64,000 bases of DNA from Candidatus Multivorans sp. GTDB lineage: Bacteria > Acidobacteriota > Thermoanaerobaculia > Multivoradales > Multivoraceae. The position numbers and the translations under genes are program-made. The notes beneath the pieces are model-generated. The model worked only from the letters and a program-made list of their open reading frames with translations. It did no database searches and was not told the origin of the DNA. Of this stretch, positions 60,729-64,000 are shown piece by piece. Within the stretch, counting starts at the first letter, position 1. Every line of letters begins with the position of its first letter. The DNA lies in assembly GCA_965247095.1 (NCBI GenBank), contig OZ251997.1, forward strand, positions 512,001 to 576,000. Reading direction: 5' to 3'.

Positions 60729-62038
60729 GGGCCATCGGGCAGCGGACGTTTCGGGTGTCGTTGCGATCGGTCGCCGCCGGGCTGCTGACCCTGGCCGCGG
60801 CGCTGGTCCCTGCGACGGCAGCAGCTCAGACGCTGGCGATCGAGGGCGGTACGGTGCACCCGGTCTCTGGACCGTCCTATGTCGGTACGGTGGTCGTGCG
60901 GGACGGTCTGATCGAGGCGGCCGGGCCTGGGGTCGCGACACCCGCGGACGCCGAGGTGATCGCCGCCGCCGGGCTGCACGTCTACCCCGGCCTGTTCAAC
61001 GCCTACACCTCGGTCGGCCTGGTCGAGATCGGCTCGATCGCGGCCACGCGGGACGACAGCGAACTGGGCGACACGCCCCACCTGCGGGCGCTGGAGGCGA
61101 TCCACCCCGCGAGCGAGATCATCCCGGTGACCCGGGCGAACGGCATCACGCATGTGGTGTCGGCGCCCGGCGGCGGCCCCTGGGCGGGTCAGGCGTCGGC
61201 GATCCTGCTCGACGGATGGACGGTGGAGGAGATGGCGGTCGAGGCCAGCGTCGGTCTGGTGCTCGAATGGCCCAGCCTCGAGACCCGTGAGTTCGACTTC
61301 TCGACCTTCAGCGTACAGGAGAAGAAGTTCTCCGAGGCGAAGAAGGACTACGAGCGCACGATCGATGAACTCGCGGACTGGATAGACGCGGCCCGCCAGT
61401 ACGACCATGCCCGGTCTGCCGCGGGATCCGGAGCGGCGGTGGAGCAGAACCACGCCCTGGAAGCTGTGGCGAAGGTCGCGCGGGGCGAGTTGCCCCTGAT
61501 CGTCGTCGCCGACCGGGCGCGGGCGATCCGGGATGCCGCGGCGTTTGCCGAGGAGCACGACCTGCGACTGGTGCTGGCTTCGGGACGCGAGGCCGCGAAG
61601 GAAGCCGAGCTGCTCGCCGAGAAGGGCATACCGGTCATCCTGGGGGCCGTCCAGGCCTTGCCTGTGCAGGAGGACGACCCTTACGACGGTCCGTTCACCT
61701 CACCGGGCGAACTGCACAGCGCCGGGGTCTCGATCGGCTTCGGCACCTTCGACTCGTCGAGCGCCCGGGTTCTGCCCTACGAGGTGGCGACGGCCGTCGC
61801 CCATGGTCTTGACCCGGACGCCGCGCTGCACGCCCTGACCCTGGGCGCCGCCGAGATCCTCGGTCTCGACGACCGGTTGGGTTCGATCGACGCGGGCAAG
61901 TGGGCCAACCTGATCGTCACCGATGGCGATCCGTTGGAAGTCCGCACCGCGGTGCGCCAGGTGCTCATCCGCGGCCGGTCCGTCGACCTGGCGAACCGGC
62001 ACATCCGGTCGTACGAGCGGTACAGCAGCCGGCCCTAG
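60725..62038 (+). CDS. amidohydrolase-family protein (metal ligands degenerate)
   Basis: Signal peptide; [31 protein letters not shown]; overlaps upstream stop (GTGA). Confidence 0.82.
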   Translation: MRAIGQRTFRVSLRSVAAGLLTLAAALVPATAAAQTLAIEGGTVHPVSGPSYVGTVVVRDGLIEAAGPGVATPADAEVIAAAGLHVYPGLFNAYTSVGLVEIGSIAATRDDSELGDTPHLRALEAIHPASEIIPVTRANGITHVVSAPGGGPWAGQASAILLDGWTVEEMAVEASVGLVLEWPSLETREFDFSTFSVQEKKFSEAKKDYERTIDELADWIDAARQYDHARSAAGSGAAVEQNHALEAVAKVARGELPLIVVADRARAIRDAAAFAEEHDLRLVLASGREAAKEAELLAEKGIPVILGAVQALPVQEDDPYDGPFTSPGELHSAGVSIGFGTFDSSSARVLPYEVATAVAHGLDPDAALHALTLGAAEILGLDDRLGSIDAGKWANLIVTDGDPLEVRTAVRQVLIRGRSVDLANRHIRSYERYSSRP

Positions 62039-62039
62039 C

Positions 62040-62090
62040 AGCGTGCGCGGCAGGAAGAATCGGCGTACCCCATGTTCTGCGGCGCACGCT
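62040..62090. terminator. inverted repeat between convergent genes
   Basis: AGCGTGCGCGGCAG...CTGCGGCGCACGCT; no U-tract. Confidence 0.3.
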
Positions 62091-62114
62091 CATAGGCCCG
62101 GGCGGCTGCGGGGA

Positions 62115-62669
62115 CTACTGCTCCTGGCTTGAGGCCGCCTCCGCTTCCTGCGCCTGGAGCATGGCGACCACCCGTTGCGTCAGATCGACCCGCTGGCTGG
62201 CGTGGAGCACGCCGCCGATGCTGGCGTTCAGGATCAGGTCGTAGCCGCCCTCGTCGATCAACTGCTGGACGATCGGGCGCAGCCGCTCGTTGATCCGCTG
62301 CAGCGCTTCCTCTTCCTTCTTCGACGCGCCGCGCTGGGCGTCGTCGGCCAGGCGTTGCGACTCCCGCTGCAGATCCTCGAGCTGGTGCTGGATGCCGCGG
62401 AGCTCGTCCGGTCCCTTGCCGACCGCGCTCTGGCGCAGGCTCTGCTGCTGGTTGGCATTGGCTTCGAGTGCCGCCCGGGTCTGGGTCTGGATCTGCTGCA
62501 GGTACGCCGCGAGTTCCTTCCCCTCCCGCGCTTCGGCGACCACGAGTTCGACGTTGATCACGGCGATGCGAACGCCGCCGGCTGCCGCTTCCTGGGCGTA
62601 CAGGGACGACGAGGCGGTGGCCAGAAGTAGGGCGGTAAGCGAACAGATGATGAGGCGGCGACGTGTCAT
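62115..62669 (-). CDS. skp: OmpH/Skp periplasmic chaperone
   Basis: Signal peptide, RIAVINV, coiled-coil, GYDLIL, VDLTQRV. Confidence 0.82.
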   Translation of the reverse strand: MTRRRLIICSLTALLLATASSSLYAQEAAAGGVRIAVINVELVVAEAREGKELAAYLQQIQTQTRAALEANANQQQSLRQSAVGKGPDELRGIQHQLEDLQRESQRLADDAQRGASKKEEEALQRINERLRPIVQQLIDEGGYDLILNASIGGVLHASQRVDLTQRVVAMLQAQEAEAASSQEQ

Positions 62670-63007
62670 TGGGATTCTCCACCGGGAGTGTAGATCGGCA
62701 TGGGGAATGGCGTGACCTTCCGGCCCTCCCGCCGTTCGAGATCGCGGATGCGGGCCGCACCCTGCTTCGTGACCTGATCGATGCGCAGCACCGAATGAAT
62801 CGGCAGATAGGTGCGTTGGACGCCGTTGAACTCGCGCTGCAGCCGTTCTTCCGAGGGATCGACGACGATCTGGGTCTTCTCGCCGAACACGAGCTCGCCG
62901 ATCTCGACAAAGCCGAGCAGACCGCCCTGGGCGACCGAGCGGGCGTACACCTCGTAAACCTCGCCCTGGCTCAGAAACGTCACCCGGTAGATCAGCTCGT
63001 CGGACAC
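62666..63007 (-). CDS. DUF1820 family protein
   Basis: YRVTFLSQGEVYEVYAR, GFVEI, VVDPSEERL..EF, IPIHSVLRID-like motif. Confidence 0.8.
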   Translation of the reverse strand: MSDELIYRVTFLSQGEVYEVYARSVAQGGLLGFVEIGELVFGEKTQIVVDPSEERLQREFNGVQRTYLPIHSVLRIDQVTKQGAARIRDLERREGRKVTPFPMPIYTPGGESQ

Positions 63008-63011
63008 GGGT

Positions 63012-64000
63012 TCACTTGGACTGCTGCAGTTTGGCGAAAGCGGCAGCCATGACGTTCAGGTTCTTCGAATCCGGCTGGCGTTTGCGGTAGTTCTTGTAGT
63101 CCGCCTTCGTTCCGACGAGTTGCGATCCCGGCGGCGCCAGCCCCAGACGACGGCGCTTGCGGTCGATGCTCTCGATGATGACCTTGAGTTGGCGCCCGGG
63201 CGGGTAGGCGCGCTGCGCCTGGTTGCCGTCGGGGAGAGTGACCGCGGACATCGGCAGCAGACCGGTCAGGCCGGGTTCGAGTTCGACGAAGATGCCGAAG
63301 CGCGACACCTGCTCGACGCGACCCTCGACCTCGGCGCCCTCTACGTACTGCTCGCCGAGGTTGTTCCAGGGGTCGTCCGCCGGCACCTCGCGCAGGGATA
63401 ACGCGATCCGGCGCCGCTTGGGCGCCACCTCGACGATCCAGCCCTCGACCTCCTCGCCTTCTGCAAACTCAAGTGCGCTCATCTGCTTGCCGATCGGGAG
63501 TTGGGACGTGTGCACGAGACCGTCGAGGCCGGGGGCCAGCTCGACGAACAAGCCGAACTCGCTGTGCCGCACCACCTTGCCCTTGAACTTCTCGCCGGCA
63601 GTGAAGTTCTTCGCCGTCTCCTTCCACGGATCCGCCTCGAGCGCCTTCATGGACAGCGAGATGCGCGCGCTGCGCTTGCCGTTCTTCTTCTCGATCTTGG
63701 TCACCACGGCTTCCACGCTCTGCCCGACCTTCAACAGGTCGCCGGGTTCGCCCGACCGGGTTCGGGAGATTTGGGTGCGGTGGACGAGGCCGCCGATTCC
63801 TCCTCCCAGATCGACGAAGGCGCCGAAATCGGTTACCGAGGTCACGTTGCCGCTGATCGGTTCGCCGGATTCCTGCTTGGCGCGGATTTCGTCCAGCGCG
63901 TGCTTGCGCTCGTTGCGGATTGCGAGTCGTCGCGTGAGCACGATCCGGCGGCCAGCCTCCTTGATCTCAAGGACGTGGAAGACGTACGTGTTGTTCACGT
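63012..64000 (-). CDS. multi-S1-domain protein (ribosomal protein S1-like), 5'-truncated
   Basis: Three S1 repeats FGAFVDL/FGLFVEL/FGIFVEL with ISLSMK..DPW linkers; C-terminal MAAAFAK. Confidence 0.85.
   Translation of the reverse strand, partial: VNNTYVFHVLEIKEAGRRIVLTRRLAIRNERKHALDEIRAKQESGEPISGNVTSVTDFGAFVDLGGGIGGLVHRTQISRTRSGEPGDLLKVGQSVEAVVTKIEKKNGKRSARISLSMKALEADPWKETAKNFTAGEKFKGKVVRHSEFGLFVELAPGLDGLVHTSQLPIGKQMSALEFAEGEEVEGWIVEVAPKRRRIALSLREVPADDPWNNLGEQYVEGAEVEGRVEQVSRFGIFVELEPGLTGLLPMSAVTLPDGNQAQRAYPPGRQLKVIIESIDRKRRRLGLAPPGSQLVGTKADYKNYRKRQPDSKNLNVMAAAFAKLQQSK

Overview
GC-rich bacterial chromosome segment. The Oar-type TonB-dependent receptor, PQQ-type propeller, sulfatases and DUF1820-Skp-S1 cluster suggest an Acidobacteriota-like host, but this is inference only. 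The left arm (1-8.2 kb) is housekeeping: a 7TM-HD phosphodiesterase, a YbeY-Era fusion, glnA, a beta-propeller and an SGNH-sialidase-like fusion. From about 8.7 to 38 kb lies a defence island built around a complete class I DISARM set (drmD, drmMI, drmA, drmB, drmC). It is preceded by a SNF2+SWIM pair and split by cargo. An RHH/PIN toxin-antitoxin pair sits between drmD and drmMI. Between drmMI and drmA lie a HEPN-like gene, a coupled NYN-nuclease + NACHT(STAND)-pentapeptide pair followed by ASCH, an IS1634, DUF5131 and an ABC-ATPase/DUF4276(TOPRIM-like) pair. The right arm (38-64 kb) holds metabolic and envelope genes. The two best leads are (1) the NYN + NACHT (+ASCH) module nested in DISARM, a candidate undescribed anti-phage system, and (2) a modular GAAC-headed hairpin repeat family with 7 copies. 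Three copies sit in frame inside DISARM genes and one appears to supply the start codon and signal-peptide n-region of a lipoprotein. All family assignments are from motifs read by eye; no searches were run.
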